From: Thermoplasmatota archaeon
GTDB taxonomy: Archaea > Thermoplasmatota > Penumbrarchaeia > Penumbrarchaeales > Penumbrarchaeaceae
DNA: 64,000 bases
Assembly (NCBI GenBank): GCA_965234725.1
Contig: CBDDUX010000040.1
Span: 1-64,000, forward strand
Direction of reading: 5' to 3'
Below are positions 8,764-19,477 of the stretch, piece by piece. Each line of letters begins with the position of its first letter. Positions within the stretch are counted from its first letter, which is position 1. The position numbers and the translations under genes are program-made. The notes under the pieces were generated by a model, which had not been told where the DNA came from, searched no databases, and was given only the letters and a program-made list of their open reading frames with translations.

Positions 8764-11700
8764 CAATTTGGCCCATTTTGATCCCAGTTTGTGTCCTCTG
8801 GTACGGTCTCCTTTTTCTTGAACGGATTTCTGATCTTGCGCTTCTCTTCGTTCTTCTGAGGCTCATCCGTCTTTTCCTTTGGATTCATGGGTTTAGGTGT
8901 CGAGCTCTCCTTCGAAGATTCCACGGGCTGGTCGGGATTTTCTTTTTTCATTCCCTCTCCTTTTGCCCACTTTGTGATCACACCAGTATAGAATAGAACA
9001 AAGATCAGGATCACCAGGATGATGAAAAGAATTAGCCAGATCAATGGCAGATAATCGGTGAACCTTTGTATGAAAGTATCTTTTTCCTTGTATTCCTTGA
9101 CACTGATCATTCCGGATGAGACCCTCTCATTTCCCAGGCTGTCGGTGGACCTGATCTGGAAAATATGAGACCCTCCATTCACACCGGATGTGGGCCAGAA
9201 CAGGATGAATTTATTGGGATGGGAGGAATTCGCATCAGGTGTCATCTCCCTCCATCCCTGGGAGTCGATGTTGATCATAACATTTTCAACTCCTGAGGGA
9301 TCTTTCACAATAGCCTCGAAAACGACCGATGTCCCCTCTTTTACCTCGCCTGTTTTGATCTCCTGGTCACCCTTGATCCAGTAGTAATCCAGAGTTATTT
9401 CCGGTCCAGTGTTGTCAACCTTGATCCCGTATGAGGATTCCATATGATTCCCCGCCCTATCTATACATTGGACCTTCAGGAGGTGGTCTCCATCGCTTAC
9501 AGTCTTTGTATCTAACAGATATTCATAGTAAAGACCGCCTTCTCCTCTGTATATCTCAAAGGCCGGTCTATCGTCAATCGATAATTGGACCTGCCTGATC
9601 CCAATGGAATCATAAGCATAGAACCTTAAGGTCTGGACCCCTGCAAATGATTGGCCTGGAATAATTGTTGCCTGTGAAATAATGGGCGCAGTATTGTCAA
9701 CAACCACTTCAACATCGAAATCGGTCATGTGACCTGCCATGTCAACGGTCCTTATTGTTACCGTATGTCTGCCATCGATCACCTTGGTGGTGTTCCATGT
9801 TTTGGTAACATCGAACCAGGTTGTCCCATCTATCGCGTACTTGACAACCCCGGGAAATTCATCATCGGAATATGCCCTGACAACGAATATACCGCTGATA
9901 AGCTGGTCCTTTACCGGAGCTTCGACCGTAAGTTCAGGATTGTTGTTGTCAACATTGAACTCAACCAATGATGTGTCCAATGTCTTGCCGGAAAGGTCCA
10001 ATACGGTTGCGTTCATCTTATAAGTGCCGTCAGTGAGTGTCCTTGTATCCATCGTATATTCATAGTACCCTGATAGAGTATTCAGGGACATCCGTTTCTC
10101 CATTCCGGCCAATTTCAATATAACATGTTTAATGCCGACCTCATCGGTAGCGGATATCCTGAAGGTGTATGTTCCCTCGATGAACTCCCCATTATTAGGG
10201 CCAGTGATCCCGATCTCCGGATAATTGTTGTCAACTATGACTATAATAAATTCGGTAGTGACATGCCCCGCCAGATCGGTCGCCCTAATCGTTACTTCAT
10301 GGTGGCCATCCGGAACCATGGCCGTATTCCACCCTATTGAAACTGGTTGCCAGGAAGCTCCGTCTATGTTGTAGTCAGTTCCCTTCTTGAAGACATCACT
10401 GTTCACAACGTCGAAGAAGAACAACCCTGAGACGATCTCACCTTCATTGGGTGAGTTTATGTTGATCGTGGGAGCTCTGTTGTCAACATTGAAGAAAATC
10501 GGACCAAAAGTGTAGGACTTGCCTGTGAGGTCGAACGCAATTGCGGTTACATTCCTGACCCCATCCTCTCCGGCACCCCATGTTATCGTGTTTGAAGAAT
10601 ATTCATAGTATCCGGTCTGGGCGTTGAAAGGTACCTTGGCATCCAAGTCGTAAACATGTATTGTAACATAGTCTATCCCAACTATGTCAAAGGCGGTAAC
10701 TCGAATGGTGATCACTCCCTCCACGAACTCGCTGGATACTGGAGAGGTTATTGTGCAAGTAGGAGCAATATTATCCATGAAAATGCTAAAACTGACAGAC
10801 GAGGACCATCCTGCACTGTCGTATGCATTGAATGTTATAGTATGGGTGCCATCGTTAAATATCGATGTATCAAGGAGGAAAGAAGCATTGGCCCATTCTC
10901 CGATCATATCATAGGATAGGGTTACTGGCTCGTTTTCATCGATCCTGTATGTAATACGATTGAGGTGAACATCCCTTCCCAGAATATTGATGGATGTCTT
11001 TCCTGAGAGAATATACCCGTTGCCCATATCGTTTAACACGATCTCGGGGGAATGGGTATCCACATTGAACATTACAGGTCCTATCCGGAGAACCTTTCCC
11101 GACAGATCTTGGATCGTAACAGTGATGTTGTAATCCCCGTCAGGGATCAGTGTCACATCGGTTCTGAACTCGTAATACCCTGTAGCTGAATTATAACTCA
11201 TTGAGAGGTCACCGGTGATACCGGGGAAATCCAGTCCGATCATGACATGATCAATACCCACGATGTCAGATGCGACGACCCTGAATACCGGTGTCAATTC
11301 GGTTACAAAAGCATTGGCTCCGGGGTATGATATCGTTCCAACCGGTAAATAGTTGTCAATTATCACGTTTACAGCTGTTGTGGTGGTATGCCCCGCGTCA
11401 TCAAGGGATCTGATGGTAATCAGATGATTTCCATCTCCAAAAGTTGAAGTGTTCAATGGGACGGTTTCATCAACCCAACCTGTTCCATCAACGCTGTACT
11501 CCGTCCTGTTCAGGAAGACATCTGTTGTGTTCACGGATATCAGAATATATCCCTCCAGGAATGCACCAGGTAGAGGATCAACAACTCTCAATACGGGTGC
11601 GTTGTTATCGATCCTGAATGTAACGGGAGAGGAGATCGATATTTTACCACTCAGGTCATGACCTGATGCAGTACACTGGTAGATACCATCGGTCTTCAGA

Positions 11701-14700
11701 GTGGTATCGGTTGTGAACTCAAAGTATCCGGAAGATGAGGAAAAGGTCGCGAGGAAATCTGTTCCGAAAACACTCAAATAGACCCTATCGATCCCCACGG
11801 AATCGATAGCCGAAATCCTGAATGTATATGCTTGGTCCAAGAACTCATCCGGAGATGGTGAGTTTATCGTAATGACTGGATAGGTATTGTCCACTATCAG
11901 TGTCATTGTTTGTTTGATATCATGGCCGGAACTATCCCTCGCCCTGAAAATAACACTATGGCTGCCGTCGAGTAGATTGTTTGTTAACCACAATTCAGTA
12001 ATGGGATTCCACGTTCCTCCATCAACAGAATAGCCTACATCCAGGAGGAATCTGTCAGTTGCTGTAACATTGAAAGTTACGTTTCCTGAAACATAATCCC
12101 CTGTTTGTAATCCATTGACGGTCATCTGGGGTGCGGAATTATCTATCTTGAAGCTGACCCAAGAGGATTGGGCTACCTTTCCACTCAGATCGTATGATAT
12201 CGCCCTGCAAGAGTAATTTCCATCCGTTCGAATGGAAGTATCAGTTGTACACTCATAGTAGCCAGATGAACCAGAGAATGTTGCTGTAAAGTTGACGTTG
12301 AATACGTTCAGATATACACGGTCTATTCCAACAGAATCAGATGCGGAAAGACGGAATGTATATGTTCCTTCAACGAACTCATCGGCCACCGGGCTATTGA
12401 TGGAGCAAACGGGAACGTTATTGTCCACGATCAATGTCAGGGTTTGAGTTGTTGTGTGGCCAGCCTGGTCCCGCGCCCTGATCGTAATTATATGAGATCC
12501 GTCCAGAATGGTTGTTGTATCCCATGTCTGTGTTGAATTGACCCATCCTCCTCCATCGATAGAATACATGACGTCCTTCAGGAATGCATCTGATACATTC
12601 ACGGTGAAGCCCAGCGTACCGGAGATGTAATCACCGGTCTGGAGACCAACGACCGCCAATTCCGGTGCAAAATTATCCACCCTGAAAGTCACTTCAGTTG
12701 AATTCGTATTCTTACCCGAGAGATCATATGCCACTGCAGTAACATTATAGATGCCATCAGTAACCGTCAGTGTATTGAATTGATATTCGTAATACCCTGT
12801 CTGCTTGTTCAGGGTTGTCTGGACACTGTCCGAGAACATTTCAAGGACCACCCTGTCAATTCCAACTGTATCGGTGGCTGATACCTGGAAAGAGAAAACT
12901 CTCTCGATGAATCTTCCGTTAAATGGGGATACCATGTTACAGGTGGGTTGGTTATTGTCCACAGTAAATGGAATTGATTGTTCTGTAAGGTGGGACGCCA
13001 TATCCTGGGATCTGACGAATAATGTATGGGATCCGTCCTGCAGGTCGGTTGTGTTGAGATGGACCCACCAATCAGGATCGGAACCCGAGAGGTTTTGCCA
13101 TCCTCCCGAATCTATCCTGTATTCCACCTTTTGAAGGAACAGATCCGATGAGGCAATTGAAAGATTGTAAATTCCCCCTATAATCTCTCCAGATTCGGGA
13201 GAGTTGATGGAAAGGGAAGGATCGTTATTGTCTATGTAGAAGGTTATCGTATCTGTATCAGTCAACTGATTGACGAAATCATAGGCCGTAGCGTATACGG
13301 TATAAGTTCCATCGGGCCTTGTCTGTGTTGAAACCGTATACTCATAAGATGATGTTATCGGATTGTATGGAAGAGTGATGGTATTGCCGAAGATGTTTAT
13401 ATCGACATGGCTCACTCCCACGGCATCTGTGGCCACTACTCTGAATGTGTATGATCCTTCGAGGTAGTTCCCGTCAATCGGTGAGTTGATATAAGCGGTC
13501 GGATTCGTATTATCCACGAAGATTGTTAGTGTGGATTCGCCTGTCAATCCAGCAGAATCCTTTGCCTCAATGGTCAGAGTATGGGTGCCGTCCGTTATCT
13601 GAGAGGTGTCATATGAACCGTTCCAGACATTGCCATCCCTGGTCAGTGGTATCCATGCGTTCTGGTCCACCTTGAACCTGGCTGATATGACATAGGAAGT
13701 CGTGTTGACAGATATGGGCATTACGGATGTGACATACGAACGGTCCAATGGTTTATTGATTATCGGATTCGGAGGCGAATTGGAAAGTGTGAAATTATTG
13801 GGCCCGTAGTTCGTAATTCCATCCGCAAAATCCTCAACAGTCACATTGAACCAGCAAGAGCCATCGGGAAAGCTGTATGTACTCACGGTCCTTTCCCAGT
13901 TCAGACTAGCCGCGTTATAATACAGATTCAATGTACCGGCCGTCTGCATCTTTCCACCAAAAGTTATCTTGACACTTTTAATCACTTCTGGGGTATCAGC
14001 CTTCACTTTGAAGGTGTAGGCTCCTCCGATAAGCTCGTTTGCTGTCGGAGCAATGATGTCCACGTTGATGGGTTCCTTGACCCTCAGAGTAATATTTGCA
14101 TATCTTACGAGAGTGCCATCCGAACCCTGAACCGAGAAGTTGTATGTCCCGACCGGTGTATTGGAAGCTGCCTCAATCATCATATTTGTGAAATCATTGG
14201 AAGAGCTGATTGGATTCGATGAGAAAGTTACGTTGAAATACTGCGAACCTGTATCCGGTGTCGCTGTCATGGTTACACTATTGGTGTAACTGTTGATCGT
14301 ATCCATTGTTAGACTATAAACAGCGTTTGAACCGGGAGATGTTACCTTGTATTCGGGATCGGCCGAGATGAAATAATCAGGATTCGTGGAAACCCGAAGC
14401 ATTACCTTCACTCCCTTTGTCTCCCCGGCGTAACCTGTGTCATTTCCATATACCATCAGATAATAGTTTCCGGCAGTAAGTGAGGAAGTCGTTGTAATAT
14501 TAAGGTATACACTTTCAGTCGAGGCACCATCTGTGTTCACAGAGTATCTGCTCAATGTTGCTGAAGCTCCGGATGGAGTGCTTGTATTTACGGATCCAGC
14601 CGTTTGCCATCTATAATGAAGGTCGATATCCTTGGTTATTCCGAACGAACTCACATCTATCTGATAGGAAGCATTCATCCCGGGTGCGATCAGATGCGAG

Positions 14701-15587
14701 GTGGGCTGGGCCCCCATCTCGAAATCGGAGGTGATCAGAATCGTATAATTGTTAGTGCTCGAGTCTTCGAAATTCTCGTCAATTACGCAGAGGCCGTAAT
14801 TGCCTGAGATCTCCGGGTCATAGGAGAAGCTCAGATCCTCTCCGCTGGATGATGCATGGTCGGATATCAATGCATTATCAGAGTTGCCTGAACCCCTGAA
14901 AAGATACATCGATAATTTTTCCGTGGGAGGAACAGAATATATGTCGAAATCATAGCTGCCTCCGGCATCAAGGTAAACATCGTACATGTTTACTATGGGG
15001 AGGTCTCCTCTAAGGGTACCATCATAAGTACCGGTCCCGTGGTCTTCGAAAAGGGAATACCTCCTCTCACCGATCACCAGATCGCCATTTGCATCAGGGT
15101 CAGATCCGTAAAGATCGGATGCGACAGTATGGTAATCGGACTCGATCCGGACCCCATCTGTCCAATCCTGACCGGTGAACTTAACCACTTTTGCATATTT
15201 GTAATTCCCTGTGTAGGTATGCCCGTCAATGACCACGAAATCTATCTCATCGCTTCCCTTCGTCGATGAAGAAATTGAATCATCCATCTCGTAATCGTCA
15301 TATGCGAAAAGATCGAAGTCCTCTCCGGGTTCCCGGTTCATTATTGCTACTGCCGTATATTCATTGGTCTTCGTGGGTACCTTGAACTCGAGCTCGTCGG
15401 GAATTGAAGTCCACCACCAACCGGTTGTATATATTCTGGCCGATCGGTCGTTCTTCAATGTTCCTCCCGGTTTTGTCTCGGCAACCGCATCCTCCGAAAT
15501 AAGGACCATAAAGGATGCGGCGATCAACAATGATACTCCGATCAGGGCAAACGATGCTTTAGAAAAATGGATTTTCAGATTTGACAT
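8763..15587 (-). CDS. Giant cell-surface protein with about 18 tandem bacterial Ig-like domains and a C-terminal TM anchor (2274 aa)
   Basis: Signal peptide, N-terminal beta-rich (PPC-like) domains, 17 DNxxP-type inter-domain linkers with DG.H/Y...A.D..G motifs. TM LPLIWLILFIILVILIFVLFY followed by a charged tail. Confidence 0.9.
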   Translation of the reverse strand: MSNLKIHFSKASFALIGVSLLIAASFMVLISEDAVAETKPGGTLKNDRSARIYTTGWWWTSIPDELEFKVPTKTNEYTAVAIMNREPGEDFDLFAYDDYEMDDSISSSTKGSDEIDFVVIDGHTYTGNYKYAKVVKFTGQDWTDGVRIESDYHTVASDLYGSDPDANGDLVIGERRYSLFEDHGTGTYDGTLRGDLPIVNMYDVYLDAGGSYDFDIYSVPPTEKLSMYLFRGSGNSDNALISDHASSSGEDLSFSYDPEISGNYGLCVIDENFEDSSTNNYTILITSDFEMGAQPTSHLIAPGMNASYQIDVSSFGITKDIDLHYRWQTAGSVNTSTPSGASATLSRYSVNTDGASTESVYLNITTTSSLTAGNYYLMVYGNDTGYAGETKGVKVMLRVSTNPDYFISADPEYKVTSPGSNAVYSLTMDTINSYTNSVTMTATPDTGSQYFNVTFSSNPISSSNDFTNMMIEAASNTPVGTYNFSVQGSDGTLVRYANITLRVKEPINVDIIAPTANELIGGAYTFKVKADTPEVIKSVKITFGGKMQTAGTLNLYYNAASLNWERTVSTYSFPDGSCWFNVTVEDFADGITNYGPNNFTLSNSPPNPIINKPLDRSYVTSVMPISVNTTSYVISARFKVDQNAWIPLTRDGNVWNGSYDTSQITDGTHTLTIEAKDSAGLTGESTLTIFVDNTNPTAYINSPIDGNYLEGSYTFRVVATDAVGVSHVDINIFGNTITLPYNPITSSYEYTVSTQTRPDGTYTVYATAYDFVNQLTDTDTITFYIDNNDPSLSINSPESGEIIGGIYNLSIASSDLFLQKVEYRIDSGGWQNLSGSDPDWWVHLNTTDLQDGSHTLFVRSQDMASHLTEQSIPFTVDNNQPTCNMVSPFNGRFIERVFSFQVSATDTVGIDRVVLEMFSDSVQTTLNKQTGYYEYQFNTLTVTDGIYNVTAVAYDLSGKNTNSTEVTFRVDNFAPELAVVGLQTGDYISGTLGFTVNVSDAFLKDVMYSIDGGGWVNSTQTWDTTTILDGSHIITIRARDQAGHTTTQTLTLIVDNNVPVCSINSPVADEFVEGTYTFRLSASDSVGIDRVYLNVFNVNFTATFSGSSGYYECTTDTSIRTDGNYSCRAISYDLSGKVAQSSWVSFKIDNSAPQMTVNGLQTGDYVSGNVTFNVTATDRFLLDVGYSVDGGTWNPITELWLTNNLLDGSHSVIFRARDSSGHDIKQTMTLIVDNTYPVITINSPSPDEFLDQAYTFRISAIDSVGIDRVYLSVFGTDFLATFSSSSGYFEFTTDTTLKTDGIYQCTASGHDLSGKISISSPVTFRIDNNAPVLRVVDPLPGAFLEGYILISVNTTDVFLNRTEYSVDGTGWVDETVPLNTSTFGDGNHLITIRSLDDAGHTTTTAVNVIIDNYLPVGTISYPGANAFVTELTPVFRVVASDIVGIDHVMIGLDFPGITGDLSMSYNSATGYYEFRTDVTLIPDGDYNITVTIQDLSGKVLRIGPVMFNVDTHSPEIVLNDMGNGYILSGKTSINILGRDVHLNRITYRIDENEPVTLSYDMIGEWANASFLLDTSIFNDGTHTITFNAYDSAGWSSSVSFSIFMDNIAPTCTITSPVSSEFVEGVITIRVTAFDIVGIDYVTIHVYDLDAKVPFNAQTGYYEYSSNTITWGAGEDGVRNVTAIAFDLTGKSYTFGPIFFNVDNRAPTININSPNEGEIVSGLFFFDVVNSDVFKKGTDYNIDGASWQPVSIGWNTAMVPDGHHEVTIRATDLAGHVTTEFIIVIVDNNYPEIGITGPNNGEFIEGTYTFRISATDEVGIKHVILKLAGMEKRMSLNTLSGYYEYTMDTRTLTDGTYKMNATVLDLSGKTLDTSLVEFNVDNNNPELTVEAPVKDQLISGIFVVRAYSDDEFPGVVKYAIDGTTWFDVTKTWNTTKVIDGRHTVTIRTVDMAGHMTDFDVEVVVDNTAPIISQATIIPGQSFAGVQTLRFYAYDSIGIRQVQLSIDDRPAFEIYRGEGGLYYEYLLDTKTVSDGDHLLKVQCIDRAGNHMESSYGIKVDNTGPEITLDYYWIKGDQEIKTGEVKEGTSVVFEAIVKDPSGVENVMINIDSQGWREMTPDANSSHPNKFILFWPTSGVNGGSHIFQIRSTDSLGNERVSSGMISVKEYKEKDTFIQRFTDYLPLIWLILFIILVILIFVLFYTGVITKWAKGEGMKKENPDQPVESSKESSTPKPMNPKEKTDEPQKNEEKRKIRNPFKKKETVPEDTNWDQNGPN

Positions 15588-15726
15588 TAGATTCCCCCTT
15601 TAAACATTATTATCGGAGACTTTATTACTTTCAGGGCCTCCGCTCTATTTTCAAATTGAAACTGATCGTATATAATTTGCTTTGTAAAAATCTCAATTAA
15701 TAATACAAAGAAATTTTAGTTTTCAC

Positions 15727-16446
15727 TCAGCGGTAATTTGGCATTTCAAGATGGATCTCTTCTTCTTCCACATCCTCCACACCCCTTCCAGTCAGCTTGA
15801 AATGGACTTCTTCACCAGTAGGCATGGACCTGTGCTTGACCACGGTAGCTTTGCGGATCCCCTTTTCTCCCACTTTATCTATCCTTATGATCACCTTGCA
15901 GTTGTGGGAAAGGGAATGACCTCCGATCGGTCTTACATCTCCAGGCCCCATGGAGGAATAGACTTGTGTAGTTATCAGAACCGGTATGTCCAGTTTCCTT
16001 GAGATGTTCATCAGGTCCAGCAGTATCTGGGAGATCTCCCTTCTTCCATCCTCATCCCTTCCCGAACCAAGGTTCATCCTGTAAAAGACCGTGGCTGAAT
16101 CCAGGACCACCAGACCGATATGAAGGTCTTTCTCAACGAGCTTCATTGTGGACCGCATGGCATCTTTCAGCTGGTTTGAGTTCAGAGGTTGGAAGAAAAG
16201 GACCTCTCTGGATATGTTCTCGTGGTCATCTTCACCGCATATCTGCTGGAACCTCTCCATAGATACACCCTCAGTGTCGATGTAAATGACCTTCTGACCA
16301 GCTTGGACCACATTCCTTGTGACCTGGAGGCAGATATTGGTCTTACCTGAACCTCCCTCACCATAGAGCTGAGTTATAGCGGAGCTTTCTATGCCCCCTC
16401 CCATTATCCTGTCAATGGCTTCACACCCTATGGGGACCCTGCTCAA
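15727..16446 (-). CDS. radB: DNA repair and recombination protein RadB
   Basis: Short RecA-fold without N-terminal domain, Walker A GEGGSGKT, VIYIDTEG, LVVLDS, and the KHR motif (VVKHRS) diagnostic of RadB. Confidence 0.93.
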   Translation of the reverse strand: MSRVPIGCEAIDRIMGGGIESSAITQLYGEGGSGKTNICLQVTRNVVQAGQKVIYIDTEGVSMERFQQICGEDDHENISREVLFFQPLNSNQLKDAMRSTMKLVEKDLHIGLVVLDSATVFYRMNLGSGRDEDGRREISQILLDLMNISRKLDIPVLITTQVYSSMGPGDVRPIGGHSLSHNCKVIIRIDKVGEKGIRKATVVKHRSMPTGEEVHFKLTGRGVEDVEEEEIHLEMPNYR

Positions 16447-17561
16447 ATATCTCCACCCTCCCTGAGAACCTCTCTTATCACCTCGGGGGCCCTTCCTGAC
16501 CTCTTCTCATCAAGGTAGATGAATCCATTGATCCTTGATAGGGCCTCCAGGTGAGGGTCCCAGGTCTCGGAGATAAGAACTCCCAGGGCATCCTTTCTGT
16601 GAGAGAGGACCCTGAGGAAAGAATCGAGTTCATCCTCACTTTGGAGGACCTTGAAGAAGACGGCTGGTCCTTTTAGACCGATCATGAAAAGCTGATGGAC
16701 GTCATTCCTTGAGAACATCGAATCCTTTCTGTAACCCATGGAGGCCATCTGCCTGGAGAACTCCCTTGCCAATATCTTAGGGTCCATGCCCCTTGAGGAA
16801 CTGAATGGCGCCATCTTTTTTTCTTCGATCGGAGGGCTCCTTTCCAATGTTTTCTTCTCATCCAATCTTGATTGTACTATAGTTCTTGTTGTGGAAAGGG
16901 TGCTGTTTGGAGGATCCTTTGCGAGGGAAGGGCCCTGCCGTAAAGATGTGAGTGCATCGTCCACAAGCTTCTCGCAGGTCGCCCTGGTCATCTTCCTGTA
17001 ACCATCCTCGAAGATAAGGTAGACCACCTCTCCTTCTTCCGGAAGTTCAACCTTCAGGAGGTCCAGGCCTATGGAGGAATCGGACCTCTTATTGGAACCC
17101 TCGACCCGGATAGCAGTCCTGTAAATTTCCAAGATATCGTTCTCTGTTGTGAAGACAATTGGGTCCAGGACCTGTTTCAACTTGCCTTTGAGCTCGGAGA
17201 AAAGCTTCTCGTCCTCCTTCTTCTTCTCTTCCAGTTTCGGAGCTATCATGGAAACGGGTGTTATCTCGAAGTTCTTGTCAGAAATGATCACAAGGTCCTC
17301 AACATCCTCTATCGAGTCCGGTACAAGGAACTCAGAAAGATATTCAAGGGACCTGAGAAGGTCGATGCCCTCCCCCGGGACCCTGAATGCCAGTAGCTTT
17401 ATACCTCCGTCATCCAGTAGCTGGTAGGCATTATCCTCCATCTTAGCCCTTAGTCTGAATAGGAGGTCCTCCGATGGAACAACGTTCTCTCTGCTGGATT
17501 GCATTTGAGACCAACTTCTTATGACCAAATCCGGATGTTGATTAAAAAAGGTTGTGTCCAT
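16443..17561 (-). CDS. Hypothetical protein, possibly with a C-terminal restriction-endonuclease-like fold
   Basis: 372-aa ORF whose stop overlaps the radB start. C-terminal pattern MASMGY...AVFFKV...ALGVLIS..W...AL...GFIYLD resembles the Mrr-type alpha/beta fold but lacks obvious catalytic residues. Confidence 0.7.
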   Translation of the reverse strand: MDTTFFNQHPDLVIRSWSQMQSSRENVVPSEDLLFRLRAKMEDNAYQLLDDGGIKLLAFRVPGEGIDLLRSLEYLSEFLVPDSIEDVEDLVIISDKNFEITPVSMIAPKLEEKKKEDEKLFSELKGKLKQVLDPIVFTTENDILEIYRTAIRVEGSNKRSDSSIGLDLLKVELPEEGEVVYLIFEDGYRKMTRATCEKLVDDALTSLRQGPSLAKDPPNSTLSTTRTIVQSRLDEKKTLERSPPIEEKKMAPFSSSRGMDPKILAREFSRQMASMGYRKDSMFSRNDVHQLFMIGLKGPAVFFKVLQSEDELDSFLRVLSHRKDALGVLISETWDPHLEALSRINGFIYLDEKRSGRAPEVIREVLREGGDI

Positions 17562-17600
17562 TGTAATAGAGGTTAATATTAAGAACTTGGGCCCTTTTCG

Positions 17601-19385
17601 ATGTATATGGACCCGCGGGACCGGTATGGGGGAGAGTTCGTCAGAAGGGTTGAGAAAGCCCTATCCGATATGGGTTTGACCACAAAACCTGTAATTGAGA
17701 GACCTAATAAAGGACTTGCAGATCTGTGCCTTGTTTGCTTTCCCATTGCAAAGGATCTGGGAAGACCTCCCCAGGAGATCGCAGAGGAGATCAAGGAAAG
17801 GATAGGATCCGCCGGAACCTATTCACTGGAGGTAATGGGCGGGTATCTGAACTGCATATTCAACGATTCGGAATACTCCTCGGATATGGCAGGATTCCTA
17901 TGGTCCCGGAGGGGAAACCTCGGAAGAGGACCTTCCCGGGAAGATCGGATCATAGTGGAGCATACATCCGCAAACCCGAACGGCCCCTTCCATGTGGGGA
18001 GGGCCAGGAACCCGATAATCGGTGATACCCTTGTCAGGATGCTGGGACATGCTGGATTTAATGTATCTTCTCAGTACTGGATAAATGATATGGGTAAGCA
18101 GGTAATGATCCTTGTATGGGGTCTCCATAATATCGAAGGATCCGAATTGGAAAGTGCCGATAGGGAAAAGGAGGACCATGACCTCGTCAGGTACTATCAG
18201 AAGGCCAATGCTATCATGGAAGAGAACGTATATGTTCAAAATGAAATTGGCGATCTTCTGAATAATTACGAGAAGACGGTGGGTGACAGGGACTGGGAAC
18301 GCGTGATCTCTGTCCCGGGGAAACCGGAGATCAAAGCTATCGATGTCAGAAATGCCTGCAACAAGGTTATGGATGGTATGAAGAGGTCCCTCGGCCGTTT
18401 GAACGTGACCTTTGATGACTTTGTCTACGAATCCCGTGTTGTCGAGGATGGGTCCCTTAGAGAGATCATAGAGGGATTGAATGATAGCCCCATCTGTAGA
18501 GAAGAGAATGGGGCCAGGTATCTTGACCTCTCTGACCTTATCGAAGGGGGTGATGAGGATAATTTCAAACGGAGGTTCGTATTCACCCGATCAGATGGTT
18601 CCGCCCTTTATACCACAAGGGACCTGGCTTATCACAAATGGAAGCTGGACAGTTGTGACCATGCGGTCAATGTATTGGGGGAGGACCACAGATACCAGTC
18701 CCAAATGCTGAATCTCGCCTTGAAGGAGCTTGGTTCGGAGAAGGTCCCCGAAGCTGTTTTCTACTCCTTTGTATCACTTCCGCAGGGAAAGATGTCAACG
18801 AGAAGGGGGAGGGTCGTCTTCCTTGACGACCTCCTTGACGAGGCCGTTGATCTGGCCCGGATCGAGGTCGAAAAGAGAAGGACCGATCTGGAAGATGTGG
18901 AATTGATCGAGATATCAGAGGCTGTCGGGATAGGTGCATTGCGATTCAATATCATAAAGGTCCAGCCCGAAAAGAAGATCGTCTTCAAATGGGAGGAAGC
19001 ACTCAATTTCGAAGGATCAACAGCTCCTTTCGTTCAATATTCCCATGCCAGGGCCTGTTCCATCATTGGAAGATCATCCGATGAGATGGTGGGGAATATT
19101 GACTGGAGCAAGCTTGTGGATCGGTCCGAGAGGGATCTCGTGAAACGATTGTCAGGATTCGATGAGGTCATATTGAAGAGTGCAAAGGATCGGAAGGTGC
19201 ATCTCCTTACGGTCTATCTTGTTGAGACCGCATCATCGTTCAACGATTTCTACAGAGACTGCCCTGTAATCAATGAAAGTGACCCGGACAGGAGGAAGGC
19301 AAGGTTAGGTCTTGTGGAGATGTCAAGAGAGGTCCTTGCAACAGGGTTGAATATACTGGGAATAAAGGCCCCAACATCCATGTGA
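17601..19385 (+). CDS. argS: Arginine--tRNA ligase
   Basis: VEHTSANPNGPFHVGRARN (HIGH-like), KMSTRRG, YVQY-like FVQYSHARACSI, DALR anticodon domain ending GIKAPTSM. Start could be ATG 17607. Confidence 0.97.
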   Translation: MYMDPRDRYGGEFVRRVEKALSDMGLTTKPVIERPNKGLADLCLVCFPIAKDLGRPPQEIAEEIKERIGSAGTYSLEVMGGYLNCIFNDSEYSSDMAGFLWSRRGNLGRGPSREDRIIVEHTSANPNGPFHVGRARNPIIGDTLVRMLGHAGFNVSSQYWINDMGKQVMILVWGLHNIEGSELESADREKEDHDLVRYYQKANAIMEENVYVQNEIGDLLNNYEKTVGDRDWERVISVPGKPEIKAIDVRNACNKVMDGMKRSLGRLNVTFDDFVYESRVVEDGSLREIIEGLNDSPICREENGARYLDLSDLIEGGDEDNFKRRFVFTRSDGSALYTTRDLAYHKWKLDSCDHAVNVLGEDHRYQSQMLNLALKELGSEKVPEAVFYSFVSLPQGKMSTRRGRVVFLDDLLDEAVDLARIEVEKRRTDLEDVELIEISEAVGIGALRFNIIKVQPEKKIVFKWEEALNFEGSTAPFVQYSHARACSIIGRSSDEMVGNIDWSKLVDRSERDLVKRLSGFDEVILKSAKDRKVHLLTVYLVETASSFNDFYRDCPVINESDPDRRKARLGLVEMSREVLATGLNILGIKAPTSM

Positions 19386-19477
19386 TGCTTGATCTGACCT
19401 TTTTAGACCTGGTTGTTCACCTTTTTCAGCGATATTTATATAGGTGTCCTATTATGGGCTGTCCTGAGGTCGTTCCT

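Noticed and set aside
19382-19477. N-terminal extension of aIF-2beta
   Set aside because: Contains T-tracts and a TATA-like TTTATATA; family similarity begins at MPDEFDYE.
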